Positions 30,359-39,636 of a stretch of DNA of 64,000 nt are shown here, piece by piece; positions within the stretch are counted from its first letter, which is position 1, and the number at the start of each line of letters is the position of its first letter. The notes beneath the pieces were generated by a model that was given only the letters and a program-made list of their open reading frames with translations, had not been told where the DNA came from and searched no databases. Both the position numbers and the translations under genes were made by a program. This stretch comes from Candidatus Melainabacteria bacterium 17Bon1m. Lineage in GTDB: Bacteria; Cyanobacteriota; Vampirovibrionia; Obscuribacterales; Obscuribacteraceae. The stretch is from assembly GCA_032128875.1 (NCBI GenBank), contig JAVLKG010000001.1, positions 512,001-576,000 of the forward strand, read 5' to 3'.

Positions 30359-31711
30359 TTACTTGCCGCTCGAAGCTGCTTTGCCCATCTTTTCGCCGAT
30401 TTCGGCCGCTTTCATACCGGCTGCTTTGACCAGTCCGGAGAAGTCAAATGCGTGTTTGACTGAGCCTGTGGCGAGGAAATTCAAAGCCGTTAGCATGAAG
30501 ATGCCCGTGTCGTCTGTGCCTTTGAAGCAAGCGATGAGGAGTACTACTGTTGTCCAAAAAAAGCTCCAGAAGCAGAGGGTAATGACGCCTTCAACCCATA
30601 TGCCGAACGAATCTCTGAACACTTTCAACGGCCAGACCCAAAGACCAGCGAATACAGGACCGATGAAGAACAAGTAGTAAAAGAAAGCTGTTTGGAATGC
30701 GCAGCATATTGTCCAACCGGTATTCGCTGCTGCGTTTGTCGAGAAGAGAACGGCGCGAGCGGCAATTGTTGAAGCCGGCATCGATGCGTCATCGCGGTTG
30801 GGAGGAACCAGGTAGAGACCGGCGCATGGATCGTTGAGTTTGCCCCAGAGTCTGCCTTCTGCAGGTGAGAAGAGACCTGCAAAACGTGGGGCGAGGTCTG
30901 GGTCAGGAACTTTGAGCGAGCCTTCATTTTCCGAAAGATAGCGCACTCCGAATGCGCGAATCTCGGCGCACATCGCATCGTGATACATGTCCGTGCCGCA
31001 CATGTTGCGGTATTCCTGAGCGATTGTGTACTGAAAACTGTTGGCGAGGTCTACGGCGTAATTGACGATCAAGTAGCTGGCGGGGATGAGGAAAACGCCG
31101 ATGAACGAACGTTGAAGACCGTCGATTGGGCTGACTTGACCGACTACCGGATTGCCTTGTGCGATGATGGCGCGCATTTGCGACATTACTGCACCGGGAA
31201 GGAGGAAAAGAATTCCGATCGGTACGAACACGCCATCACGAAAACGATTCCAACGGTTGCCGCCTTCAGTAGTAAAGTTTTTCAAAAAACGCGAGCAGTA
31301 GTCGATTGCTGCGCAACCTTGATCGCGTGCGATGTCGGCTGCAGAATTGCCTGCTTGAGTGGCTTGCGCTTGACCGGTCGCTTTGGCTGTCGGAGCGGTG
31401 TTGCGCGGTTGGTTCATCTGACCGATCATGCGCTCGGTTTGATTCCAGCGTGACATTCGCAGGACGATCGCTTTGAGTTTTTCGGGAGGAAGTTTTGAGA
31501 GCGCTTCGGCGATTGCATCCAAGCGTTCTTTCTTGATTGCCTTGTCGTATTCTTTTGCCGCTTTGACAGATGTCGAGGCGCCGTCTGTTCCCATTTTTTC
31601 TTTCGGGCGTAGTCCTTGAGCCAGACATTCTGGCGCGGCTACCGTGAGAATCAGCATTAGAACTGCCACACCGGCGAGAGCTATTTTTGTGATATTGCCT
31701 GAAGATGACAC
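30359..31711 (-). CDS. VirB6/TrbL-like membrane protein, subfamily A (A1, minimal form)
   Basis: GAGG plus GTG; conserved A core; ends like A3 (FKGTDDTGIFM...VKAAG.KAAE). Confidence 0.75.
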   Translation of the reverse strand: MSSSGNITKIALAGVAVLMLILTVAAPECLAQGLRPKEKMGTDGASTSVKAAKEYDKAIKKERLDAIAEALSKLPPEKLKAIVLRMSRWNQTERMIGQMNQPRNTAPTAKATGQAQATQAGNSAADIARDQGCAAIDYCSRFLKNFTTEGGNRWNRFRDGVFVPIGILFLLPGAVMSQMRAIIAQGNPVVGQVSPIDGLQRSFIGVFLIPASYLIVNYAVDLANSFQYTIAQEYRNMCGTDMYHDAMCAEIRAFGVRYLSENEGSLKVPDPDLAPRFAGLFSPAEGRLWGKLNDPCAGLYLVPPNRDDASMPASTIAARAVLFSTNAAANTGWTICCAFQTAFFYYLFFIGPVFAGLWVWPLKVFRDSFGIWVEGVITLCFWSFFWTTVVLLIACFKGTDDTGIFMLTALNFLATGSVKHAFDFSGLVKAAGMKAAEIGEKMGKAASSGK

Positions 31712-31798
31712 TTTGTTTTCCTCGGGGGTGGAGAGGCGGAGCTTAGGAGGTTTTTCTTAAAACGTTTCGCTTAGGCGGTTTCGCTTAGGCTGTTTTGT

Positions 31799-33349
31799 TT
31801 AGGCAGCCTTTTTGCCTTGAGCGGCTTGGCTGATTTCTTTGCCCTTCTCCAGGAGCTTGTCGACCATGTCACCGGGTCTGCAATCGAATGGTGCAAACGG
31901 TACGTACATCATCATCACCAGGAAGCAGCCGAGCATAAGAGCTTCCCACTCTGTATTCGCCTGGTATTCGCCGATCTCTGAGAGCCAATGAATTCGTGTC
32001 ACCATCACGAATGTGATTAGCACCCACCAGAAGCGCCACAACGAAAGAACCACGACGCCGTTCACCCAGTTGATGAAAATTGGCTTGAATAGCTTGCCCA
32101 CGCTACCCGGCCAACTATAAAACGCGGCGGCGATTGGTCCTAACAAGAGCAAATAGCAACTGAGCGCTAATTGGAACGCTGCCAAAATCAACAGTCCATA
32201 GCCCAAGGACATATTGATGATGCCGGCGGCCATCTGCCACAGCTGCTCTTTGAATGGTTGTGGGTCGAGCCTCTCTTGAGGCTTCCCGGCTGCTTCCCTC
32301 GCTTTTTGCATTCCTTCCGCCCATGCCACGATTTCCATGGCGGAGAATTGCTGAGCGACTGTATAAGTCATCGAGTTGCCCACGTCGATGCTGTAGCTCA
32401 TGATCAACTGTGTGGATGGAACCAGGAACAGTGCAATCATGGCGCGAAGAATGTGAGCCCATGGTCCGCCTTGAAAATCTTCGTCAGGGTTGGCGAACGA
32501 TGTGCACATGTTTTTCAAGTGAAGAAGAACAGCGCCCGGCAATAGGAGAAGTAATGCCATAGGCAGATAGCAGTGGCGGAACATGTGTTGCACCATTCCT
32601 ATCGCTTGTGACAATGGACGCCAGGGCTGTGCGCTGTTGCCGATGCCACCGCCTGCTGCTTCGTTGGCTACGTTGACGTTGCCGGCGACGATCATCGGAA
32701 TGTATTCTTTCAGAGCGTTGATATTCGCGTTTTGTCCAGCATCTCCCGCTCCTTGCTGCTGCCCTTGCATGTTGGCGAGCGCGCCGGGAATCTTTTGTTG
32801 TGGAGCTAGACCAATCTGTTCCCAAACATCTGCGGTCTCTTTGTTCATCCCGCCTTCGTGCCCGTCGCCTGCAGGGACGGCCGGGTATTTGGGTTTATTC
32901 GGATCGTAGTTTTGTTGGTGACCTTTGTTGCCGGCTTCTTTGCCTTGCTCATTTTGTTTTCTCTGCTTTTGCGGCATGAATTGGAGCAAGTAATAGCGCT
33001 GCATCGTGCGGTCGGGTGCCGGTTGCGATTCGTGGATAACCATTTCTGCATCGGCATTCGCATCCGGACGTGGCTGCGAGTTGTGCTTCTTGGACAGAGG
33101 ATTTGTCTTATCCCATGTCTTTTGCATTTTTCCGAGGCTTGAATCTTCGTCGCCGTCTTCAGCTAGCGCCTCAGTGGAGCCTGCCAGCAAGAAGAGTATG
33201 GACAACGACGCCATCACCACTACAACACCAGCAAAAAGAGCTGCGAGCCGGGCTGTTGTACCCGATGCCTTTTTGAAATTGTTGGTAAAGGGAGATGGCG
33301 CGACGCGGCTAAATGCCGCAGCGCAAAGCGCGATGACGGTTTTTGTCAT
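31799..33349 (-). CDS. VirB6/TrbL-like membrane protein, subfamily B (B1)
   Basis: Full-length paralog of 26092-27633. Confidence 0.75.
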   Translation of the reverse strand: MTKTVIALCAAAFSRVAPSPFTNNFKKASGTTARLAALFAGVVVVMASLSILFLLAGSTEALAEDGDEDSSLGKMQKTWDKTNPLSKKHNSQPRPDANADAEMVIHESQPAPDRTMQRYYLLQFMPQKQRKQNEQGKEAGNKGHQQNYDPNKPKYPAVPAGDGHEGGMNKETADVWEQIGLAPQQKIPGALANMQGQQQGAGDAGQNANINALKEYIPMIVAGNVNVANEAAGGGIGNSAQPWRPLSQAIGMVQHMFRHCYLPMALLLLLPGAVLLHLKNMCTSFANPDEDFQGGPWAHILRAMIALFLVPSTQLIMSYSIDVGNSMTYTVAQQFSAMEIVAWAEGMQKAREAAGKPQERLDPQPFKEQLWQMAAGIINMSLGYGLLILAAFQLALSCYLLLLGPIAAAFYSWPGSVGKLFKPIFINWVNGVVVLSLWRFWWVLITFVMVTRIHWLSEIGEYQANTEWEALMLGCFLVMMMYVPFAPFDCRPGDMVDKLLEKGKEISQAAQGKKAA

Positions 33350-33421
33350 AGTAACGTTTTGGTGAGAAGAGAGGTAGGAAGAGAGGACTGCGGACGAGGG
33401 AAAGGGGTTTTTGGCACACTG

Positions 33422-33454
33422 ATGTTAATTGGGCTTGCGTGAATGCAGTGTGAA
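33422..33454 (-). promoter_or_regulatory. TTCAC-N6-TTCAC-N11-TAACAT promoter
   Basis: Exact motif upstream of 33349. Confidence 0.75.
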
Positions 33455-33865
33455 CAAAACCGGTTCCCAGAAGCGGCGCCAAGCCGGGCTAGAGCTTGTT
33501 TTCGCTATCTTTTCTTACTGTGTATTTAGTAGCTTACTGGTAACAGGATATAGCTTAGTTCCTATTGGATTTCGGCTGCGTCCTGGTTCGAAGGGGAGGA
33601 TAATTCGAATGTTAGGACCGAAAAATATCAATCGCGTATCAGCGCCGTTATTTTTCTGTAACGGGGCACAGGCGCCCCTTTGTGCTAAGTTGTAGTCAAA
33701 AATCACCAAGTTTATTTGCCCTCGTCTGCACTGTTGCAGTCCTGAAAGTTGCAGGTGGGCAAAACTCTCGCAAATCGGGCAAGAAACAATCAGAATAAAT
33801 CTGATCTACTAAGTATTAGTTATAAGACCTGACGTAGGAAAGATGGAGCCGAAGAATAACAGCGC

Positions 33866-35713
33866 ATGAAGCTGCGATTTTCACTAACCCACAAGATTAT
33901 TTTGCTGATTACCGTACCGGTATTGATGCAGTTCGGCTTCTTCTTTTGGCTTACGAAAATCGTTTCAGACTTGGAGCAAGCTCGCGAAAAGGAATCTGAA
34001 GCCGTAGACGGGCTGGTTCTTGTTAATGAAGTATTGAACGATGTTATGTCGATCGGTGCCGGTATGTTCATGTTTCAAGCCGCCAAGGATCCGACCTTCC
34101 TTATGGAGATCGAGTCAAACTACGCTCGATTAGACACTCACACTGAAGAACTAAAACGTCTTGCTGCGCGAACAACTGACAAATCATCAGGCGTTAAAGG
34201 TTTTGCTGCAATCATTTCTGAAGTGAGCACAACTCTTGAACAAGCCGCTGATTTCAGACAGGAAGAAGTTTGGGATATTGACAGTGTCCATATATCAGGA
34301 ACAATCAAAAGCCTATGCCGCCGTATTCGCGTAATCGGTGAACGCACAATTGAGCAACAGGCTAGGGTTCGTGCCTTGACTCGTGCGAAAGAACAAAAAA
34401 GTCGTGCAGAATTGGAAACAATGCTTCGTGTTATGACTGTTTCTAACCTGGCATTGGCTGTGCTTCTCGGACTGATATTTACAATGAATGTCGGTATGAG
34501 ATTCAGGCAGTTGATGTATGACACAATGACAGTGTCCTTTGGAAAGCCCCTTGGTACGCCAATGGAAGGCGACGATGAAATTGCGAGACTCGACCAAGTG
34601 GTTCACGGTCTCGCCGCTGACCTTGCTGCCACACGCAAGCAAGAGCGCGCCATGATTGACAATACTGCCGAAATTATTTGTTCGTTGGATGATTCATTCC
34701 GTTTTGAAGAAGTAAATCCGGCGGTGACAACGCGCCTCGGCTACGATCAGGACTCTGTGCGCGGAAGTCTCTTTCAGTCTTATGTTCACGAGGAAGATAG
34801 AAAGTCTGCTTACGATGTACTTTCTCGCATTAAGAATGAAGCGAGGGAAATTCAGTTCGAGGCGCGCATTCAAGGAAAAGATGGGCGTTACCGAGACATG
34901 GAGCTGGTCGGTAATTGGTCGAAAGAGAATCAACATCTCTTCTTGATCATGCGAGATGTGACTGCCAGGAAAGAAGCGGAGAGATTGAAACAAGAAGTTA
35001 TTGCTATGGTCAGTCACGACCTGCGCGCGCCGCTTTCTTCTCTCGGAATTACGCTTGATTTGATTTTGGAAGGAGTCGCGGGCGATTTGAATGAACGCGG
35101 CAACAGGCTTGTCAGCGTAGGCCGGCGCTCTGTGGCGTCATTGATTGCGATCATCAATGACCTTTTGGATATAGAACGTTTTGAATCATCGGGTTTTAAG
35201 CTTGACTATGAAGACAGCGAGCCTGCACAGATGGTTAGTGATGCTGTAAGCACGGTTCTTCCTGAAGCAGAATCTCGCAAGATCCGAGTTGTTCAAGAGT
35301 GCGAAGATGTTGACCTGGTGGTTGATAAAGAGCGCTTGAAGAGGGTTTTGCAAAACCTGATCAATAATGCCATCAAGTTTTCACCCGATGAGCAAGAGAT
35401 CAAAGTTACTTGCAAGTCGGGAGGCAATGGCACCGGTTACGATACCACTTCTGATTACGCCGTATTTCGCGTAGCCGACCATGGACCAGGCATTCCGGAA
35501 GATGCGCGCGAGGCTGTTTTTGAAAAATTCAGACAAGTAGGCACAGGCTCGGAAGGTGAGCGGAAAGGCACCGGACTTGGTCTGGCTATTTGCAAAACGA
35601 TTGTAGAAGCCCATGGCGGGCGCATCGGCATTGATGAAAACGATGGCGGCGGCAGCGTCTTTTGGTTTGTGGTACCGAAAAAACCGCACACAGATTCAGA
35701 GCTCTTCCTGTAG
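33866..35713 (+). CDS. Membrane sensor histidine kinase (TM-sensor-TM-HAMP-PAS-HisKA-HATPase)
   Basis: VSHDLRAPL, NLINNAIKFS, DHGPGI, GTGLGLAIC; PAS ending MRDVT. Confidence 0.95.
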   Translation: MKLRFSLTHKIILLITVPVLMQFGFFFWLTKIVSDLEQAREKESEAVDGLVLVNEVLNDVMSIGAGMFMFQAAKDPTFLMEIESNYARLDTHTEELKRLAARTTDKSSGVKGFAAIISEVSTTLEQAADFRQEEVWDIDSVHISGTIKSLCRRIRVIGERTIEQQARVRALTRAKEQKSRAELETMLRVMTVSNLALAVLLGLIFTMNVGMRFRQLMYDTMTVSFGKPLGTPMEGDDEIARLDQVVHGLAADLAATRKQERAMIDNTAEIICSLDDSFRFEEVNPAVTTRLGYDQDSVRGSLFQSYVHEEDRKSAYDVLSRIKNEAREIQFEARIQGKDGRYRDMELVGNWSKENQHLFLIMRDVTARKEAERLKQEVIAMVSHDLRAPLSSLGITLDLILEGVAGDLNERGNRLVSVGRRSVASLIAIINDLLDIERFESSGFKLDYEDSEPAQMVSDAVSTVLPEAESRKIRVVQECEDVDLVVDKERLKRVLQNLINNAIKFSPDEQEIKVTCKSGGNGTGYDTTSDYAVFRVADHGPGIPEDAREAVFEKFRQVGTGSEGERKGTGLGLAICKTIVEAHGGRIGIDENDGGGSVFWFVVPKKPHTDSELFL

Positions 35714-35764
35714 TGGCGATTCCATGCATCGCCCGGTTTTGGTAGGGGCGACGCCAGGCGTCGC
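35710..35764 (+). repeat. Two tandem GTAG-type REP-like hairpins
   Basis: GTAGTGGCGATTCCATGCATCGCCC and GTAGGGGCGACGCCAGGCGTCGC between convergent genes. Confidence 0.6.
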
Positions 35765-35766
35765 GA

Positions 35767-37191
35767 CTAGTCGCCTTCCGGCGTACCGAACTTTTCCAAA
35801 TTCTGCACCCGTTTCAAATCAGCAGCTGACTTTTCCGCGTTACCCATATTCTTGTAGATATCTGCGCGCGAAGTGTAATACTCTGCGACGTTGGGATTTT
35901 TCGAAATCAGCATATTGATGTCCGCGAGCGCCTCTATCCATCTGCCTTTCTTCTTGTAGAGATTTTGACGCGCGTAGATAGAATTGAGGTCGCCAGGAAA
36001 GACTTTTGTAAATTTGACGAGTTCTGCAAGCGCGTCATCGTACTTTCCTGTCTTTTGCAGCAGCAGAATGTATTTAAGCCATGTTGCCTTTGTGCTCGAA
36101 AGTTCTGTAGCGTCACCACCAGACATCATTTTGTTCCACGCAGAACGTCGAGTTGCGGCATGTGAGATGGCGTATTTTTTATCGTAATCTGGTCTTGTCA
36201 CACCGTAAGCATCAAGAGCTTTTTTGTAGTCTTGCGCTGCGGCTTCAAGGTTGCCTACCTTCTCGTAGCACTCCGCACGGCGCGCGAATGAGGTGTTGCC
36301 GCCACCTCCCATCTTTTCCAGAACATTCAAATCTTCGATCGCTTCTTTGTACCGACCTGTTTTCTTGTTTAGCTTCGCTCTTGTTGTGCGTACATAAATG
36401 TCGTCGGAATGGTGCTTTATGACTTCATCGAGATCTTTGAGAGCCCCTGAGTTGTTAAAAACCTCGCGACGAAAAAAACCGCGCTGATAGTATGGCAACG
36501 CCGTGTTTGGATACGCTTTCACAAACTGGCTGTATGCCTTTTCAGCTTGATCATATTCCAACTTCCGCAAATGAATTATGCCAGCGATGATAAGCACTGT
36601 GACGTCTTTGGGCGCCAGCTTCATTGCTTTATCTAGCTCTTCCTGCGTGCCGAGTGTCTCGTTGCGCAGCCCGCACAGGGCAAGTGCTGCATGTGCACGA
36701 CCATTCTTGTTGTTGATTGCAATCGCTTCCTGTGCAAGCTGCTCTGCTCTCACGACATAGCCTGCTAAAAATTCAACGATTGAACACGTGGAAATTACTT
36801 GCGCATCCTTCGGAGCCAGGCGCGTCGCAAGGCGAATCGAATCAATGCCTGACTTTCCTTTAGCCGCAACGATGTACATCTCGCCCATCTTGCGCAGAAA
36901 GACAACCCGATCTTTCGGATTTTCCTTAATCGCTTTTACGCACAAATCATGCGCGGCATTAAATTGAGTGTTCATAAACAGCTTGTCGATCTCAGCTTCA
37001 TACGCCGACGTTGTCATGGCGCAAGCTGGGGTGATCGATGCGATGCTAATATGTCCGGCGAATAGTGAGAACGCGAGGCTAAGCACCATCGTTCTTTCGC
37101 TGGTAATTTTGCGTATCTTGCGCACAATATTCACGGATGCCACCCGCCGCCTGATCGAATGATTAGATTCTACCCTGCGGCAGGCGTACAC
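35767..37191 (-). CDS. Exported TPR-repeat protein
   Basis: Many TPR units; signal peptide implies a true start near 37090-37128. Confidence 0.85.
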   Translation of the reverse strand: MYACRRVESNHSIRRRVASVNIVRKIRKITSERTMVLSLAFSLFAGHISIASITPACAMTTSAYEAEIDKLFMNTQFNAAHDLCVKAIKENPKDRVVFLRKMGEMYIVAAKGKSGIDSIRLATRLAPKDAQVISTCSIVEFLAGYVVRAEQLAQEAIAINNKNGRAHAALALCGLRNETLGTQEELDKAMKLAPKDVTVLIIAGIIHLRKLEYDQAEKAYSQFVKAYPNTALPYYQRGFFRREVFNNSGALKDLDEVIKHHSDDIYVRTTRAKLNKKTGRYKEAIEDLNVLEKMGGGGNTSFARRAECYEKVGNLEAAAQDYKKALDAYGVTRPDYDKKYAISHAATRRSAWNKMMSGGDATELSSTKATWLKYILLLQKTGKYDDALAELVKFTKVFPGDLNSIYARQNLYKKKGRWIEALADINMLISKNPNVAEYYTSRADIYKNMGNAEKSAADLKRVQNLEKFGTPEGD

Positions 37192-37209
37192 CCGCGTCCC
37201 TTTCGCGCA

Positions 37210-37902
37210 TTAACCTGTTCTTTCAAACCTCCGATCTACGTCCAAATCCTGCCACTTGGACTGCATATCTAGGTTGAGCAATATTTGTTGGTCTGGTGTG
37301 AGCATCTCTTTGCGAATCTGCTTGTTGTCGATGTCATTGTCGTCAAGGTCTTCGACCTGGGCTTTCTGTTTGTTGTCCGGCTTTTCGTCGAAGTCGAGTT
37401 TGTCGAGTTCTTTAACGAGTGCGCCGCTCAGAAGTCCGCCCACAATGCCCTCAAGCAGGCGTGGGAAAAAATCGTCTTTCTGTCTGTGGTGGTGACGGTG
37501 ATGTCCATGTCCGTCGTAATAGTAGTTGTCCTGCCAGCTGTCGCGGAAGAAGTTGTTCATTCCGTCGTATGGATTTCGGAAATGTTGTTGCTGGTACCTT
37601 CTGAAATCGCCCTGATCGCGGTAATCAAAGTGGTTGTGTAGTTGCTGTTTTTGATATGTTGGATGGAAACTCTGGGGATATCTGAACTGCGGCGGTGTTG
37701 GATACTGCGCGCGTGGAGTCTCGATGCGGCGCTCTTGGCGCTGGTCGCGTTCTTGGCGATGTTCGTAACGCTGCTCGTGCCGGTGTTCATGCCGGTTTTC
37801 ATGCCTATGCTCATGCCGATGTTCCTGGCGCTGCTCGTGGCGCTGTTCCTGCTTGTGATCGTGCTTTTGATTATTGCGATCTTGCTCTTTTCTTTCTGGC
37901 AT
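37210..37902 (-). CDS. Low-complexity H/Q/R-rich protein (possibly the 3' part of a frameshifted gene)
   Basis: RHE(Q/H/N) tetrapeptide repeats, His cluster, LLEGIVGGLLSGAL glycine-zipper-like helix. Confidence 0.65.
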   Translation of the reverse strand: MPERKEQDRNNQKHDHKQEQRHEQRQEHRHEHRHENRHEHRHEQRYEHRQERDQRQERRIETPRAQYPTPPQFRYPQSFHPTYQKQQLHNHFDYRDQGDFRRYQQQHFRNPYDGMNNFFRDSWQDNYYYDGHGHHRHHHRQKDDFFPRLLEGIVGGLLSGALVKELDKLDFDEKPDNKQKAQVEDLDDNDIDNKQIRKEMLTPDQQILLNLDMQSKWQDLDVDRRFERTG

Positions 37903-38834
37903 TTTTAACGCTCGATTAATTGATTCGTGAACATTTGGCGTAATTCTTGAGATGGTCTATGTCGCTCCGTTTGCGCCGGAAGATTGATTTGATTCGGCAT
38001 ACGCATTCGCAAGTAATTGCGGAAGGTATCTTGTAGGCGCATTGAAAGACCAAGCGACGAATTCTGATTTTGGTGTTGAGGACTTTCCTGTTTTTGGCTC
38101 TGACTCTGCTGTTTATTGTGTGAAGGGGCGGACTTTCTTGCGTATAAGCACTCAGTCATTGTTTTTTTGAACTGATACCGCATGTGATGCAGCGATCAAT
38201 GCATAACTTTCAATAGCCTTGAGCTTTTGCGCTTCTGTGAGTTGTGGTTGGGATTGGGGAGTGAGCGAGCCACAGGATGATGGTTCGTCTACAGCAAAGG
38301 AAAGCATGATCGGAGGACCATACGTCAACATAGGAAAACCTCATGTTTACTAGTTAGACGCAGACTCGAGGTCTTGCGGCTAAAGTGTGCAGGGGAAGGA
38401 AGGAGGGAAGATAGGAGGAAGGGGGCGGACTCGGAGAGAACTGTTGAATTTCAGGTGGCGGTGACAGGAAGCATTGGCTGAACTAATATCAACCGGAATC
38501 AAAAATTGTGAGTAGATCTTTGATTTGGTTGAGTCCTGTCGGCGAACTTTCCGCTCACCCGACTCAACAATCGCACTCCACTGGGGGGAACACTGTCACT
38601 TTAGGAAACGAAAGTAGCAATCGCGTAACAGCCGAAGAAATTATTCAAATCGAATTCTTGGCAGCACTCACCCTCGAAGCCTGACCCTTGAAGCCTGTCC
38701 CTGTTATTGATTTCCCGGTTTGAGGATTTGGGAGCCAGTTGCAGGAAAGATCAGGCGGCTACCGTGGAACAGTAGGGTAAGCTTATTAATATTCAAATAT
38801 GCGGGCATCGCCCGGTCAGGAGAATGGGGAGCGA

Positions 38835-39506
38835 ATGGCGAAGATCTTGGTTGTTGAGGACGATAAGGACCTGTGCAATCTCGTATCTGAATATTTTGCC
38901 GTCGCCGGTTATACGGTGGACAAAGCCTTTACCGGCTCGGACGGACGCAACTTCCTGAAGACCTATCAATACGACGTGGTTATTTTGGATTGGTCGCTAC
39001 CCGAGGTCAGCGGGATTGCTCTTTGCAGGGAGTACCGGGCTAACGGCGGCAACTGCCCAGTCATATTTTTGACCGGAAAGACAGAAATTGCTGATAAAGA
39101 AACCGGTCTGGACGCCGGCAGCGACGATTATGTGACCAAACCGTTTTCAATTCAGGAGCTGGCAGCGCGCGTGCGGGCATTGCTCAGGCGCTCACCGGTT
39201 TATCACCATAATGTCTTGAAAGTGAAAGACATTGAGCTTGATCCAAACGAGCACAAGGTCACGAAGAATGGTAAAGAGATCAAACTCTTTCCGCGCGAAT
39301 TCGCGCTGCTGGAGTTTTTCATGCGCCACCCCAACCAAGTTTTTAGTGCTGACACTTTAATCGATCGCGTATGGCAGTCCGATACGGAAGCGACTGCAAA
39401 AACGGTCAGAGTTTCACTTATGCGTCTTCGCCAGGGCTTGGAAGAGGACAAAGACAATTCGCTTATTAAGAACGTCTATGGCGTCGGATATAAACTGGAG
39501 ACATAA
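38835..39506 (+). CDS. OmpR/PhoB-family response regulator
   Basis: MAKILVVEDD, ILDWSLP, GSDDYVTKPF, NVYGVGY. Confidence 0.95.
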   Translation: MAKILVVEDDKDLCNLVSEYFAVAGYTVDKAFTGSDGRNFLKTYQYDVVILDWSLPEVSGIALCREYRANGGNCPVIFLTGKTEIADKETGLDAGSDDYVTKPFSIQELAARVRALLRRSPVYHHNVLKVKDIELDPNEHKVTKNGKEIKLFPREFALLEFFMRHPNQVFSADTLIDRVWQSDTEATAKTVRVSLMRLRQGLEEDKDNSLIKNVYGVGYKLET

Positions 39507-39636
39507 TGCCTCTCTAAAGCGTGGGATTGCCCCTGGCTTGTAGGGGGAGGCGGAATTTTTCGAATTGGTCTACGGTAAGTAGTGTTGCAGTTCTTCTCTA
39601 TCCGAAGTGCAATCATAGTAATAGCGTGCAGCTAAT

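Noticed and set aside
21285-33349. Integrative conjugative element or DGR-type variable cassette
   Set aside because: No integrase, relaxase, ATPase or reverse transcriptase; paralogs differ at synonymous sites throughout rather than at adenines only
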